Assembly (NCBI RefSeq): GCF_009914755.1
Contig: NC_060943.1
Reading direction: 5' to 3' (one strand)
DNA: 64,000 nucleotides
DNA from: the human T2T-CHM13v2.0 reference genome, Homo sapiens
Every line of letters starts with the position of its first letter. The first letter of the stretch is position 1. Under the pieces are notes generated by a model, which saw only the letters and a list, made by a program, of their open reading frames with translations, had not been told where the DNA came from and did no database searches. The position numbers and the translations under genes are program-made. Below, piece by piece: positions 1-19,112 of this stretch.

Positions 1-1861
1 AGGCCAAGGAGGCACAGCAGAGGGGCTGAGCACCTGGAATGGTGCCAGGAGGGAGGGGCAGGCAGGGACCTGGGGCAAGGCCTGGGCAGCTGGGAGGGAG
101 GCCCAGCCTGGGGCTCCGTGCTCAGCAGCTGCTGCCCTGGAATTCCTGGTCACTTCACCTTTGACCCATATTTTGTAAGTGGGGTCCAAGGGCACAAGGG
201 CTTGGTGCTGGGGGCTCCTAGCCTGGGCTTGGGGGTCTCTGCACCCACCCGTGGGTGAAATGCCAAACACAAAACACCCTGGCCGACCCAGAGACCTCCA
301 GGAAAGGAAGATGCTTTTTTCCTGCCTTTTAGCATAAGGGTCCACAAATTCCATAGCCAGAGGGGCCGGGGGCAGCAGAGGAGGGGTAAGGGGTGAGGGG
401 CCAGAGCTCAGGGTCTGGTCGCTCTTCTAAGAGGGAGGCGGGAAGGAACTCCGCACCGTGGCGACCTGGGACAGGGCCCACACTGCTGTGCATCCCAACT
501 TCCTCTCCGAGAAGAGGGAGGGGCCGACACCTACCAGGGAGATGTGAAACAACCAGCCTGAGTGACAGCACTATGCCCCTGTGAGCAACGGGCAGCCGCG
601 GTACCAGTCCTTGGCGTCATCACCGGCTCTGCCACCCGCAGAAATGGCTGAGCCTCAGCTGCCTCCTCTGCAAAGCAGGGACGGGAAGGGCAGGTGCCTT
701 GCTGAGCTGTGTGGGGACTGAGTGGAGGCTTCTGAGGACTCACCAGGGTTAAGACGGGTGTTCACTCAATGCTCCCCAGTTCTCTTCTTCTCCCGTCCCT
801 CCAGGCATGCTCTCAGCCCCTGCTGAAGCCTGTGTCCTAATCCATCAGGCCCTACCCCCAGGACCTCATGGCGGGGGCATGGGACCCTCACCCGCAGAGG
901 TGAACGATGGGAGAGGCGGGGGCACCAGGAGCTGCGGGGGCCTGAGGCAGCTCCTGACCCAGCTCTCAGGGTCCAGGCCAGCTCCCTAGGAGAAGGCCCC
1001 CCACTTGCTCTCAAGAAAACCCTGGGCTATTCAAGGAATCTACCAGAAAGCTGGGAATTGCACATCTTCTGAAACGAGGGTCCCGGCCTCCCTTACCAGC
1101 CTCCGTTTCTCAGTCGGGGTCTCAGGCTCTCCCAGCCTCTGCAGGTGCTTACTCACCTGGCTCTGACCTCCGCTGCAGAGAGGAAGCACCTGGAGCACGG
1201 GCAGGGGTGCGTTCCCCTCGCCCCAGCCCTTGAGAGATCCAATTAGCACAAATGATTGTTATTATTGTTGTTATTAAGTCCCGCCCACCCCTCTGGAGGC
1301 CTGCCTGCCAATTATCCCCTTTCTTCTGCTGCCAATCTCACCTCCTCCTCCCCCCGCACTCTCGGAAGCAACTCCTCCTGGCCCTCCGTGGCCCTCCCTG
1401 CCCAGAAACTTCTCTGGCACCCACCTGCTTTCTTCCTCCCCCCAGTCTCTTATTCCTTCCCCTCTACTTGCAGCCTGGAGCAGCCACCTCCCTTCCTTCC
1501 CCCCAAGTCATCCTCCAACCACTGGGCTAACACCCTCTCTGACTTTTCACCAAATCCTGTGGCTCCTTCTCAGCCTGACTCCACAACCTCTTTGGAGCCA
1601 CCATGCACCCCATGTGGCCCTGCCTTTGTGGGGCGGGGGAGGAGCTCTGGGGTGCCCAGACCAGCCGTCCCCCCCACCCCACCCCCTCCAGCACGGAGGG
1701 CTCTGGCCCTTTCCTCCCTCCCACCCTCACTCTCTTCTCCCCATTCCCCTTCCCTTGGGGCTTTCGCTCCCTCCCACCACGATCCTGGCTCCCACCCTGC
1801 CTCTTGGAAGTGCCCTCCTCACACCACACACCAACTCATCTTCCTGAAGTCACTCAGTTCA

Positions 1862-3550
<1,689 letters not shown>

Positions 3551-3918
3551 GAGGGCAGGTGCCAGGGGTGTCCAGCACCTGCTGCCCTGGTACCCATGGC
3601 TGCTTCCGGAACCAACACTGCTGCCCGGCCCCGCCGCAGAGCCCTCTCCTGCTCACCTTCCCGCTCTGCTCCCAGCTCAAGAAGCCCACAGCGCCACCCC
3701 TCCACTCCCCCACCAGCTCTTTCACTGCCCTTTTCTGTGGCCACTTCGCTCCCTCACTCCTGGCCTGAAAACCTCATTCTTGTTCCCTCCTGCACCTCCG
3801 CCTGGATCTGCAGGCTAGGTGGGGTGACATCTACCTGGCATCTTGCATGGGGCCCTCATTTCCTCCGCCCCGGGACATCTCTGTGACACCACGGAGATCC
3901 CAGGCCTGCCCTCCCTGA

Positions 3919-5350
<1,432 letters not shown>

Positions 5351-6002
5351 AATATATACATATATGAAATAAAACACTAAAAATAAAGCCTTTATATTAA
5401 AAAAAAAGACACACACACACACAAAACCACACCTGCGGACCACCTTACATTCTGTGACCCCTCTGCTGGGCCAACAGGGCAGGCTGGCCATTTTCCAGAT
5501 GGTGTGGATTCTCCCCCGGGGCCTTTGCACAGTCCCTTCCTCCCACCTCACCTGCCCTCTCAGTATACATCTGCTTAGCCCATCTGCCACGGCTCAGCAT
5601 CAACAGCACCTCCCCCAGGAAGCTTTCCCAGACTGCTCCCTTCCCTCAGCTCTATCCTCTCTTATCCAGCGACAAAAGATCACACTCATCAAGCACGGAT
5701 TAAATCCCAGGTCCTGGGTGCAGGGTGCCCTAAGCACATAAGCTCTGATCCTGGGCCCCACAATCAGTGGGAGACAGTGCGAGGCCATGAGGCCAGCACA
5801 GGGACAAGAGGACAGCCGTTCTGGGCAGGGCAGGGTGGGATCTGGCCCCCCAGGAACCAGCCACATGACCTGGGCAAGGTGCTTGGGCTACCCGTCCCTC
5901 CTGATTAAATGAGATGTGTGTCAAGTGCTCACCCAAAAGCCGTGGAGATGCCCAGTAAACACAGCCTATCACTGTGGTCCTTGTTGTATAGACAAGGAAA
6001 CT

Positions 6003-6386
6003 GAGGCTTCCACAAGCAGAGTGGCTAGTACAGTATCACAGAGCCACAGCGAGGCTTTCACAAGCGGAGTGGCTAGTACAATCTCACAGAGCCACAGCGA
6101 GGCTTCCACAAGCAGAGTGGCTAATACAACCTCACAGAGCCACAGCGAGGCTTCCACAAGCGGAGTGGCTAGTACAACCTCACAGAGCCACAGCGAGGCT
6201 TCCACAAGCGGAGTGGCTAGTACAACCTCACAGAGCCACAGCGAGGCTTCCACAAGCGGAGTGGCTAGTACAATCTCACACAGCCACAGCGAGGCTTCCA
6301 CAAGCGGAGTGGCTAGTACAATCTCACACAGCCACAGCGAGGCTTCCACTAGCGGAGTGGCTGGAGCAATGTCACAGAGCCACAAC
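6003..6386. repeat. 48-bp minisatellite, 8 copies
   Basis: Unit gaggcttccacaagcggagtggctagtacaacctcacagagccacagc starts at 6003, 6051, 6099 ... 6339. Confidence 0.95.
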
Positions 6387-9229
6387 GTAGGAGGCTGGAG
6401 CCACACCTGAGTCGGCCAGCTGCCAAAGACAGCTTGCTTCCTTCTAACTCTTGGACAACGGCATTTGTCCCCTTTAACGTCCACCATTGAGGATGGTCCT
6501 GTGTCCCGCAGGGGGATCTGTGTCTTACTCCGTGTCTTATTCACCTCTGCGACACCTACTATAGGTCCCCATCAGTCCCACAGTGCATCCAGCAGACTGT
6601 GCACTTGAGGGCGGGGCTATTTCCAGCAAAGACCCTGCACACAGCAGCCTCAGGAATCCATGGCTCTGACTGGCTGGACCCTGGGCTGAGGCAAGGACCA
6701 CTTCTGATGCATCTCTGGGTCCCAGCACTATCCACTGCAAGGCCTCGAAACAGGGGGGCCAGATGGGACCCCCATTTAGCACAAGAGAGACGTCCACACT
6801 CTGTGAGCCCAAAGGGAGAAGGCTCAGGCCACGGCAGAGACGGAACCAGGAAAACTTCACGAAAAACAGCCTCAAGTTGCCAGGTCCCTTGCAGGAACAG
6901 ACAGGCCTGGGGCCGCCCCACCTGGGCTCAGAGCTTGGGCTGGTTTCTCTGCAGCTGTAAGGTGACAGCTCTGGGCTCCTGGGACAGGGCCACTGACACT
7001 GGAGGTGTGACTGCTCGAACTCCACACCTGCCTTGCTCTCCCTGATGCTGGGTGAGTGAGGCCTCCTTGGGGGTTGCATGGATCTCAGCACTCAACTTCC
7101 GAGCCACTTGTGCTTCTCCCACTATGCTGGGGTTCCCCTGAACCAGCCAGCAGCCCTGCGTGTAGGAGTCCTCGTGGACAGTACACCCCACTAGGCAGGG
7201 AGTCCAGCGTCTCCAAGCCAATGACTAACACCTAGAGGACTTCGGAACAGCCTTTGTCCCCCTAGACCCCAACCTGGGGGCGGAAGGGGGCGGTTGTGAT
7301 GGTCAAGGGTCTGGGCTCTGGAATCGCAGTAGACACAGGTTCTGAAGCTGCTGGGGGCCTTGGGCTAACAAGTGCCATCCAGAGCCTCCATCCCATACCC
7401 CTAAAATGGAGGTGACCACCTCCATCCCAGAGCCTTGAGAATTTAGGACAGTGAGGACCAGGCACTGGGCCAGGTTCCTGCAAAGTGTGCACCAGCAAGT
7501 GTTGTCGAATCTGCAGTTTCTCACACCACAGAGGCCCCAGCACCTGGCACAGTCCTCAGTAGGCTGGAGGCCTCAGGATGCACCAGAGGACACACGAACG
7601 AGGTTTGGAAAGGCCTGTGAAACATGTCTGAGGATGGGTGTCCTGAGAGCTGTGTATGCCTAGTAACAAAAGACCTCCCAGGGCAGCCAGGCAGTTGCTG
7701 GTGGCCTTGAGCTGTGACCCCTGCCATTCCCTGCCCAGAGCCCACTGTCATCCTCCCTTAAGTACCAGGTTCCTGGTAGCCAATCCTTCCTCTCTATCTT
7801 TCAAGACACAATACCTCCCCTGCACCACACACCCCTCCCTCAAGGTCAGAGCTCCCGGGAGCACTCTGGCAAATCTCCCCACCCCTCTGCCCAGTGTGAA
7901 TGGGTCTCAGCTGCTCTGGGACAGGGACTGTATGATTCCTGCCAGGCTGCCCAGCACGGAGCACCACTCTACCTTGTGCTTGCACAGAAGGGCCTTGAGA
8001 TCCCTCTCTTCACCCAGGCTGGGCCAGGCACCTCATCTGGGCCCTCACAGGACAGTGCTGTGCCAAGACCATGTGTGACCTCATGCCCAGCACAGGGCCT
8101 GGCCTGTGCAGCCGCCTGGATGGACTACATTTACTCAGGGAATTGTGAACTTGCTCTCGTTTTTAGACAACTGAAGGGAAATTGAACCTGGGAAAAGGGA
8201 AGTGACATGTCCAAGGTCACAGAAGTGGAAGAGACAGTGCCAAGGCCAAGGCCCAGGAAAGGGCCTGGCTCCAGAGCCCTTTCCATTTACTTTACACCCA
8301 TCTGTTGAGGTCTGCTCTGGCTCTAAAATGAAAGCATTAAGAGCCTTCCCGCTGAGGTCAATACTATTATTACCACTCCCACTCTGTCCTGGTGGAAAGT
8401 AAGGCACTGAAGTTACTCGTCTAAGGCCACGAAGGTGAGTGGTGGGGCTGGGACTTGAACCCAGGCCTGCCCAGTCCCAGAGCTCTTGGGGAATACAACC
8501 CAGTGCCTGCACACACTCTGGCAGTGCACCAGGGAGGGGCCAGGCCGGGTGCCCGGATGGATGGATAAGACATGAGATAAGCAAGCAGGAATCTGATCTG
8601 GATGTTCTCTGAGGCCGTGCGTGGCCGGAGGACCACAGGGACTGCGCAGAGGCAGGCAGGTGAATGTCAGCAGCGTTTAGCCAAAGAGGCTTACAGTCTT
8701 CAGAGGAGCTAAGCCAGGATCAACGCAACTGTGCTTCCCGGCGCTGGGGTCAATCGGATCCCCAGATGGGTTCTAAGCACTGCCCAACATGGGACCTGGG
8801 AGCAGGACACCGCAAAAAAGCAGGCCAAGCCATTCCTTCCCTAAAGCCCTGACCATCCCCCGGACTGGGCTGGGTCAAAATGCCTTCCCTGGCTCCCACA
8901 GCCCCCAGACCTCTCCATCAGGGGTCTGGTCACCTTGGATGGCGACTCTGTCGCCCGGGTCTCAGTCTCTGCCTTCCACCCAGACTCCAAGCCCTTGTTC
9001 ATCTCCCTGCTCCCTGTCTCTAGTGCCCGGCACAGGGCCTGGCACTGGAAAAACTTCTGCCTCCACTCACTCCTGCCTTCTGTGTCTGTGGGTCACTTTT
9101 CTGTGCGACTCTGCAGGTCCCAGAGCACTCATCCACATGAATTGGGGTCAGCTCCCTGGACTGGGGGTCGGGGTGGGGTGTCAGGAGGGCGGGGCTCCAC
9201 TCTGATCCACTCGGCACAGGGGAGGGAGG

Positions 9230-10600
9230 CCTCAGGAGTCGCCACCCGATCCAGTCCCCGCCTTCGCCCTGCCCCGTGGGCCACGCGGTGGCTGACCTTG
9301 GCCCAGTCACTTCCCCCGCTGGGGACGCGCTTCCTCCCCGCCTGCCGAGCAAGGACGAATGAATGGGCCTCCTGCCGGCCAGAATCCCCGTAATTACCCG
9401 CCTGATCAAAGGCCACGCGCAGCCCGCCCGGGGCAGCAACGGGACCCGGGCTGACTCGAAAAGGGGAAGGAAGGGCTGGGGGGGCCGAGGGCTGAGACCG
9501 TGCCCTCGGGGCCGCGGTATCCGGCCAGGCCAGCCCAACCGCGCGGCCCCTTCCCCCACCTGGGCCTCAACTTCCCCCCGAAGTCGCCACCACTTCCGGC
9601 CACGACCGGCGGAGTTGGAACTTCGGGGGGACGGACAGCGGCCCCACCCCCGACGGCCCGCAGCAGAGGGACCCCCACCGAGGCCCCCGCTCCTGCCCCC
9701 GCCACGCGCACGCGCGCGCCCTGGACCCGGACCCGCGCACGCGCACCCCCCCTCCAGCCCCGCTCGCCGCCCGCGGGCCGCCCGGGCGCGCGTCCCCTCC
9801 CACAGCTCTTCGGCGCGCACGCGCACTCCCCCCGCCCGCGTCACCCCGGCCGCGCGCCCACTCACGCCCCCCCAGCAGCGCGCACGCGCGCCCGCCGCCC
9901 AGTCGCGCTCGCCCTCCAGTCTCCCCACCCACCCCCAGCCCAAGCCCAGCTTCCCGAAGCGCGCGCCCACCTGGCCCCCAGCGCACGGCCCCCGCCCCCG
10001 CCCCTCACCTCCTTGGTCCCGGGGCCGCCGCGCCGCACTCCTCCTCCTCTCTCCTGCCTCGCGGATGGTGGCAGCGGCGGCAGCGGCGACTCAGACCCTG
10101 GGGTCAGGGGGACGGGCGCCCAGGCCGGAAGTGACCTTCCCGGCCGCTTCCGCCCGCGCCGCTCCCCCCTTCTCCCTACTCCCTGCCCCCCGGGCCGCCA
10201 CCCTGTCCTCGCCGCTCTAGGAAGGCGAGCCCGCTATCCCGGCCGCCGCCCCCAGCTCTATGGTGCCCGGCGGGCGCCTGAGGGAGCCACTTCCGGAAGT
10301 GTCTAGGACGCAGGTCCTCCGTCCATGCTCTATGGCGCCCCGCGCCGAGGGGCTTCGGCCCCGCCCCCTTCCCGGACAGGAGGTGCGGGCTGGGCCCGTT
10401 AGGCGGAGACTTCCGGGTGTCTAGGGCGGTGCCCCCCCCACAACCCGGGCTCCTCGCGCCTGCGCGGCCGGGTCCCCGGGCCCGCCGTGAGGAGAGTGAA
10501 GTGGTGGAGAGGGACGCTCGTGCCACCCCGGGTCCTCCTACCGTCTCTATCATGGTAACCCCTTCTCTGCCGCTGCACCTCCCAGTGGCCCGAGTCCAGG
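9230..10600. promoter_or_regulatory. CpG-island promoter of a minus-strand gene (probably ZNF787)
   Basis: Very high GC/CpG content. ETS/GABPA sites CCGGAAGTG (10125-10133), CACTTCCGGAAGTG (10288-10301) and ACTTCCGG (10409), plus GC boxes and GCGCACGCGC runs. Confidence 0.88.
10009..10130 (-). other. ZNF787: Probable non-coding exon 1 of ZNF787 (intron 1 extends leftward out of the window)
   Basis: Minus-strand donor GAG|GTGAGG (plus strand cctcac|ctcc at 10008/10009) inside the CpG island, followed by a G-rich minus-strand intron. The gene name comes from recalled 19q13.43 order (ZNF787-ZNF444-GALP), not from coding sequence; the 5' boundary is approximate. Confidence 0.62.
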
Positions 10601-11557
10601 TGCCTTAGTTACTGGACAGAGACCCCGGGTTCCTTAGTTACTGGACAGAGAGTGCTGCGCTTCAGGTGCCATGGCCTCAGTTTCCTCCTTTCTGAAGTGA
10701 TGAAAATACATTGTGCGCCTCCAAGTGCTTCACACGCACTAGGTCCTAGTCCTAACTAGGGCCTCATGGTAGGTCCTATCCCTATGTTGCAGGTGAGGAG
10801 TCAAATCACCTACCAAAAGTCACACACCCGGAATGCCAGAGCCTCGGCCCGAACCCATGGAGTTTGGCTCTAAATTCGTGTATTTAACCCTTGACTGTAC
10901 ACACTGCCTCGTGTCATAGCCCTGAGAATCCACTACTTCCCCCGCGTTAGGTAGGCACCTAGTAAGGACGCACTGGGTGTTAGCTGTTACTGTTGGTATT
11001 CTTGCAAAAAACACATATTTTAAAATAATTGTCCAAACCATAGTGTCCTTGTAGGCTGGTCCTTCTGGTCCCTCCTCTGTTCTGTACTTGGCTGACTCTC
11101 ACCTAAGTGGCAGATGACTTATCGCTTATAATTGTTATCATCCTCACTGGTAGTCAGAAAAGATAAGAAGCTATAATTCACTGGTGGAATAACACCTTTC
11201 TCAGCCTCAATTTCTCATCTGTGGAATGGGAAAAAATAAGATAACCTGCAAGGTAATATGTGTAAGAGCTGCTTAGTTCAATACCTGGCCCATAGTAAGT
11301 TCACAAAAATGATGGTGGTTATTATTACCTATTAGCAGTGTTACATATAAGTCTATTGTTGTGGCCACTGTATACCCTCAAAGCTCAGTGAGCATCAATC
11401 ATAAGATGTATATTATTGATTTAATAACATCTTTCCATGGGGTGGGGTGAACAGTGCTGTGTTAACTGTGTGTGTCAATAGGAGGATATCTGTGTCCCTC
11501 CTTCAGAAATATCACAAAGGTAAATTTTTAAATATATCTTAGAACAGAAGGAAGTGT

Positions 11558-14033
<2,476 letters not shown>

Positions 14034-15119
14034 TTAAGACGTTAAATTTTATGTTATATATAGCTACAATTTGAAATGTGTTTAGAGGAAAAAGTACCCT
14101 TCTAACGTGATGTGCCATTACAATGTGTGCGTTTCTTTATTACAGCAGCTTCACCCTTCCCTAATACAGAGTTTTCAGATGCCAGGCAGTAAAAATGGTA
14201 AAGCTCCCTTTCAGGGGTGCATCAGCATCTAGATGGAATTTACAGCCTCGAGTCTGAATAAAATTGGGGTTAGGGGGCAATGGTGAGTACGGAGAGAATT
14301 GCAAATGGCTATAACAGCATCATTTCACCCAAGTTGGCCCATCAGTGGCTTTCTCTGGATCCTTCTCTTTGGAGAGTCCCTCTCTGGCATAGATGCCGGG
14401 ATGTGAGAGGCTGGAAAGCTCAAGGCAGTCTTGCTTCCCACCGTGTGGAGGAAGCCAGTCTGCAGGAGGAGAAAATGAAGCCTCACAGAGAGGTGAGAGT
14501 TGGAGGGAGACAATGTCCCAGCTGAGTTGAGTGCCTAGGCCATAGGTTCAGGTGCTTCTACTCTGCCTAACCTTCCTGAGGGCTGGACGTTCCACTCTTC
14601 CTTCCCTTGAGTGAATGAGTCTAGACTTCTTCCAGGAAAGCCCTGTTTTGGGTTCCTGCCACTTGTAACCAAAAGAGCCCCAAGTCTCCCCCCAGCACTC
14701 TGGGCATCGCAAGCCTCCATCTACGTGGAATGAGTGGTGGACGACCGGAATAGCCACACATCTCTGTAGTGATATGGAAGGTCAGAGGTCCCCAGTGCAG
14801 AGGCACGGGCGGCAGCTCCTGCTGGGGAGCCCTTTATAACCTCCTCACGGTTTTCTCCTGAGGGTGTGGCCCTAGGCCGAGTGACAGGAACAGCTGCAGC
14901 TGGCAGATTGGAGAGGGAGAGTTTGCAGCTGTTGAAGTACAATTGCTTCGAAGTCCGTGATACACAGAGAAACGCACACAATCACACTTTTCAAATGATC
15001 CTCCTTACAGTGATAATTAACAAACACTTCTTGAGTTTTCATCATGTACCGGACACACTCCTGGGTGCTTTGCTTAGGTGAACATGCTCAATCTTCATCT
15101 CTACTCCCAGACACAGTTA

Positions 15120-15781
15120 GGCCCCGGCAGGCAGCATTGACAGCACCCACAGACCCATGAGAAATGTAGAATCCCAGGCCCTACTCCAAACCTACGGAGT
15201 CAGAATCTGCATTTTAACCCAATCCTCAAGGGATTCTTAGCCATGGGAAAGTCTGAGAAGTATTGATGCCAGGCAGACTCCAGGATGCCCAGTTAAATGT
15301 GAACTCCAAATCAAAGATGAGTAATTTTTTAGTGTAAAAATTTCCCAATACCGTCTGGGCACGGTGGCTTATTCCCGTAATCCCAGCACTTTGGGAGTCC
15401 GAGGTGGGCAGATCACCTGAGGTCAGGAGTTCGAGACTAGCCTGGCCAACACAGTGAAACCCTGTCTCTCCTAAAAATACAAAAATTAGCTACGTGTGAT
15501 GGCCCAGGCCTGTAATCCCAGCTACTCGGGAGGCTGAGGCAGGAGAATTGCTTGAACCCAGGAGGAGGAGGTTGCAATGAGCCGAGATCTGCACTCCAGC
15601 CTGGGATACAGAGCAAGTCTCTGTCTCAAAAAAATAATTAAAAAAAAAAAAGTCCCAGTACTTATCCAATCTATATATATAGGATGTATATATACATCCG
15701 TTGTTTATTTGAAATAAATGCAACTGAACATTGCATTTTAAATGCATCCTGCATTTTAATTTGCTAAATATGGCAAACCTA
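15120..15781. mobile_element. MER5-like then MER53-like hAT MITEs, the latter split by a sense Alu (15355-15650)
   Basis: gagtcagaatctgcattttaac (MER5); caggatgcccagttaaatgtgaa ... tttgctaaatatggcaaacct (MER53-like inverted termini). Confidence 0.7.
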
Positions 15782-16846
15782 TGTGGAGAACCCTGTGGCC
15801 GCCTCCTATAACGTTCTTCACCCATCTTCCTAGATTTGCACATCTCCTCCGTGTGCCAGCTGCTGCAGCTGGGGCGCAGAGGGAGGGGCTTTGAGGAAGC
15901 AGAGCGACCCTGCCTCAGACCAACCATTCCGGCCTGTGCCCCATGCACACCGATGGGACAGAGACGGGCTGAGTGGGGCTCTGGGGAATTCTGGATGGCA
16001 GGATGTGGGACGTGATGATTGCAGCGGTGGCACGTTTCAGGTTGCATGAGACAAATGCAGCTCAAACGGATTGGAGGTTAAAAAAAAGAGAAAGAAAACT
16101 TTATTGGCTTGGGTAACTGAAAAGAAACAGCAGCAATAAACACCAGAAGCTGAAGCTGGACACCTTGGGGCGTGGTTGGTTGGATCCGGGAGCACAGGGC
16201 CCCAGGCCTGGCCCGCTGTCTGGGCTTCGCGGACCTCTTTGGTTTCCATCCCTCCACTGTGGGGAATAGGCCACTGCAGGGCCAAGGCCGCCCTCACTTC
16301 CTCACCCTTCTATTATTTCCCTGAATCTGATTGGCTCACCTGAACCAATCACAGGGGCCGGGCAGGGGTGGGAGTTCTGATTGGCCAGTCCAGAGTCACA
16401 TGTCCACTCCTGGAGCAGGGCGGAACCAGCTCTCATAAAGCACGTGGAAGGAGAGGACGGAAGGGGTGCTCTATTCTCCCTTCAGGACAGCCTGGGTACA
16501 GTGACTGCAGACAAGGGTGGGTGCCCAGAGCCAAAATAAGAGGTCTGGAGGAAGGGTCCAGGTAGCCACAGGCATTCCCTCATGCTGTGTTCACCACTGT
16601 CCAGAGAATAAGATAACCCAAATTTCTCCAGCTTCAATTACCATATCGCATTTAACCCTCACATGAATCTCATAGGGTAGGTGCTGGAAATGGAAGATAG
16701 ACACATATGTAAATGTGTGTACATGCTTCCAAGAGGATATACGAATGCATAAATATGCATTTCTTCTCTAAGAATGAAATGTTGGCTGGGCGTGGTGGCT
16801 CACATCTGTAATCCCAGCACTTTGGGAGGCCAAGGCAGGAGGATCA

Positions 16847-17092
<246 letters not shown>

Positions 17093-17853
17093 TCACTGAA
17101 ATGCATTTCCAAATACATTTATTAAAGAATAAATCCTCAACTTAAATGGAATTGTCCATCCATTGCACTTTGTCCTGTAAAACTTTTTTTTTTTTTTGAG
17201 ACCGAGTTTTACTCTTTCCCCCAGGTTGGAGGGCAGTGGTGTGATCTCCGCTCACCGCAACGTCCCCCTCCCAGTTTCAAGTGATTCTCCCGCCTCAGCC
17301 CCCCGAGTAGCTGGGATTACAGGCGTCCGCCACCACACCCAGCTAATTTTTGTATTTTTAGTAGAGACGGGGTTTCAACATGTTGGCCAGGCTGGCCTCG
17401 AACTCCTGACCTCATGATCCACCTGCCTCAGCCTCCCAAAGTGCTGGGATTACAGGTGTGAGCCACTGCACTCAGCCTGTCCTCTAAAACTCGTGATGCC
17501 AAGGCGAAAAACATTGACCAATCCAAACACCCAAAGACCTCCTTAACTATAAAGCTTATTTTCATTTAATGAGAAAAATATATTATGACCCTTTAGGCAT
17601 CAGTTCATTTCAAGCGAATCCTTCTGTGGTAAAGACAAAATGAGATGAAAAATTAACGAGAGCTCTTAAATAAATCGTAAAACCTGTTAAACTTTCTCTC
17701 CAGGTGGTGGATTGTTCCCAGTGCTATAAAAGTTCAGTATAAATTCCAAGCGGTTTTGAGGAACACTTCCACCTGGTTTCTTCTTGTTGCTACAGGAGTT
17801 TATTTATCCGGGACAGTTTTTCCTGACATTATTGCACACAGTAAAATGTCTGA

Positions 17854-18114
<261 letters not shown>

Positions 18115-18929
18115 TAGTAGAGATGGGGTTTCACCGTGTTAGCCAGGATGGTCTCGATCTCCTGACCTCGTGATCCGCCCGCCTCGGCCTCCCAAAGTGC
18201 TGGGATTACAGGCGTGAGCCACTGTGCCTGGCCGAGGTTGCTGGTTAGAGCTCACAGACCCCTGCCTATCCAAAGGGGCTGCTTGGAGAAGTGGCACCAG
18301 TCTTTGTGAAGGTCAGACAGCCTGGGCCATAATTCTCAGCCCCGTCTCCTGAAGGCTGCGCAGTGTGGTGAGGAGAGAGAGACAGGCTTTGGACCCCTCC
18401 GATCCTCTGTGGAATGGCCAGAAATAGCACAGGAGGTCCTCAATGTCCCAGAGTAACTGGCACTGGGAAAAGAGCACTTAATACAGCAGCCCGTATTTTA
18501 TATTTATGCAAGACAGTTATTTCCATGTTTGTTTGGGATTCTCGACAAATGAAACAACAACAAAAAAACACATCATTTTAAGAAAATACAGGCTGAGCCG
18601 GGTGCAGTGGCTCATGCCTGTAATCCCAGCACTTTGGGAAGCCAAGGTGGGTGGATCACGAGGTCAGGAGTTCAAGACTAGCCTGGCCAAGATGGTGAAA
18701 CCCCATCTCTACTAAAAATACAAAAAAATTAGCCGGGTGTGGTGGCGAGCACCTGTTATCCCAGCTACTCGGGAGGCTGGCGCAGAGAATTGCTTGAACC
18801 CAGGAGGTGGAGGTTGCAGTGAGCTGAGACTGCGCCACTGCACTCCAGCCTGGGCGACAGAGTGAGACTCCATCTCAAAAAACAAAACAAAACAAAAAAC
18901 AAAATGAAACAAAAAAAAAAACAGAAAAC

Positions 18930-19112
18930 AATGTATCAACAAAGATATGTTTAAATAAAAACATACGTAAAATAAGGCTTGTGTTGACAAACATGTGGCC
19001 AGAGGCTCACAGGAAGCCAACGCAGTGTTTCCCTAGGAGCGTTGATTCAGTGTTCCCTGATGAGATGTTCATGGTGGCTTGACAGAATTACCAGGAATGC
19101 TGAGAATCGACT
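18930..19112. mobile_element. TcMar-Tigger-type DNA transposon fragment (MER82-like)
   Basis: ccagaggctcacaggaagcc...tttccctaggagc...gagaatcgact resembles a recalled Tigger-family terminus; subfamily uncertain. Confidence 0.45.

Noticed and set aside
5916-6544. Mucin-like Ser/Thr ORF (164 aa) and its antisense 191-aa ORF
   Set aside because: Products of the 48-bp VNTR inside a MIR; no signal peptide or exon structure.
9020-10553. Overlapping 268-316 aa Pro/Arg/Gly-rich ORFs
   Set aside because: Stop-codon scarcity in a CpG island; no recognisable domain.
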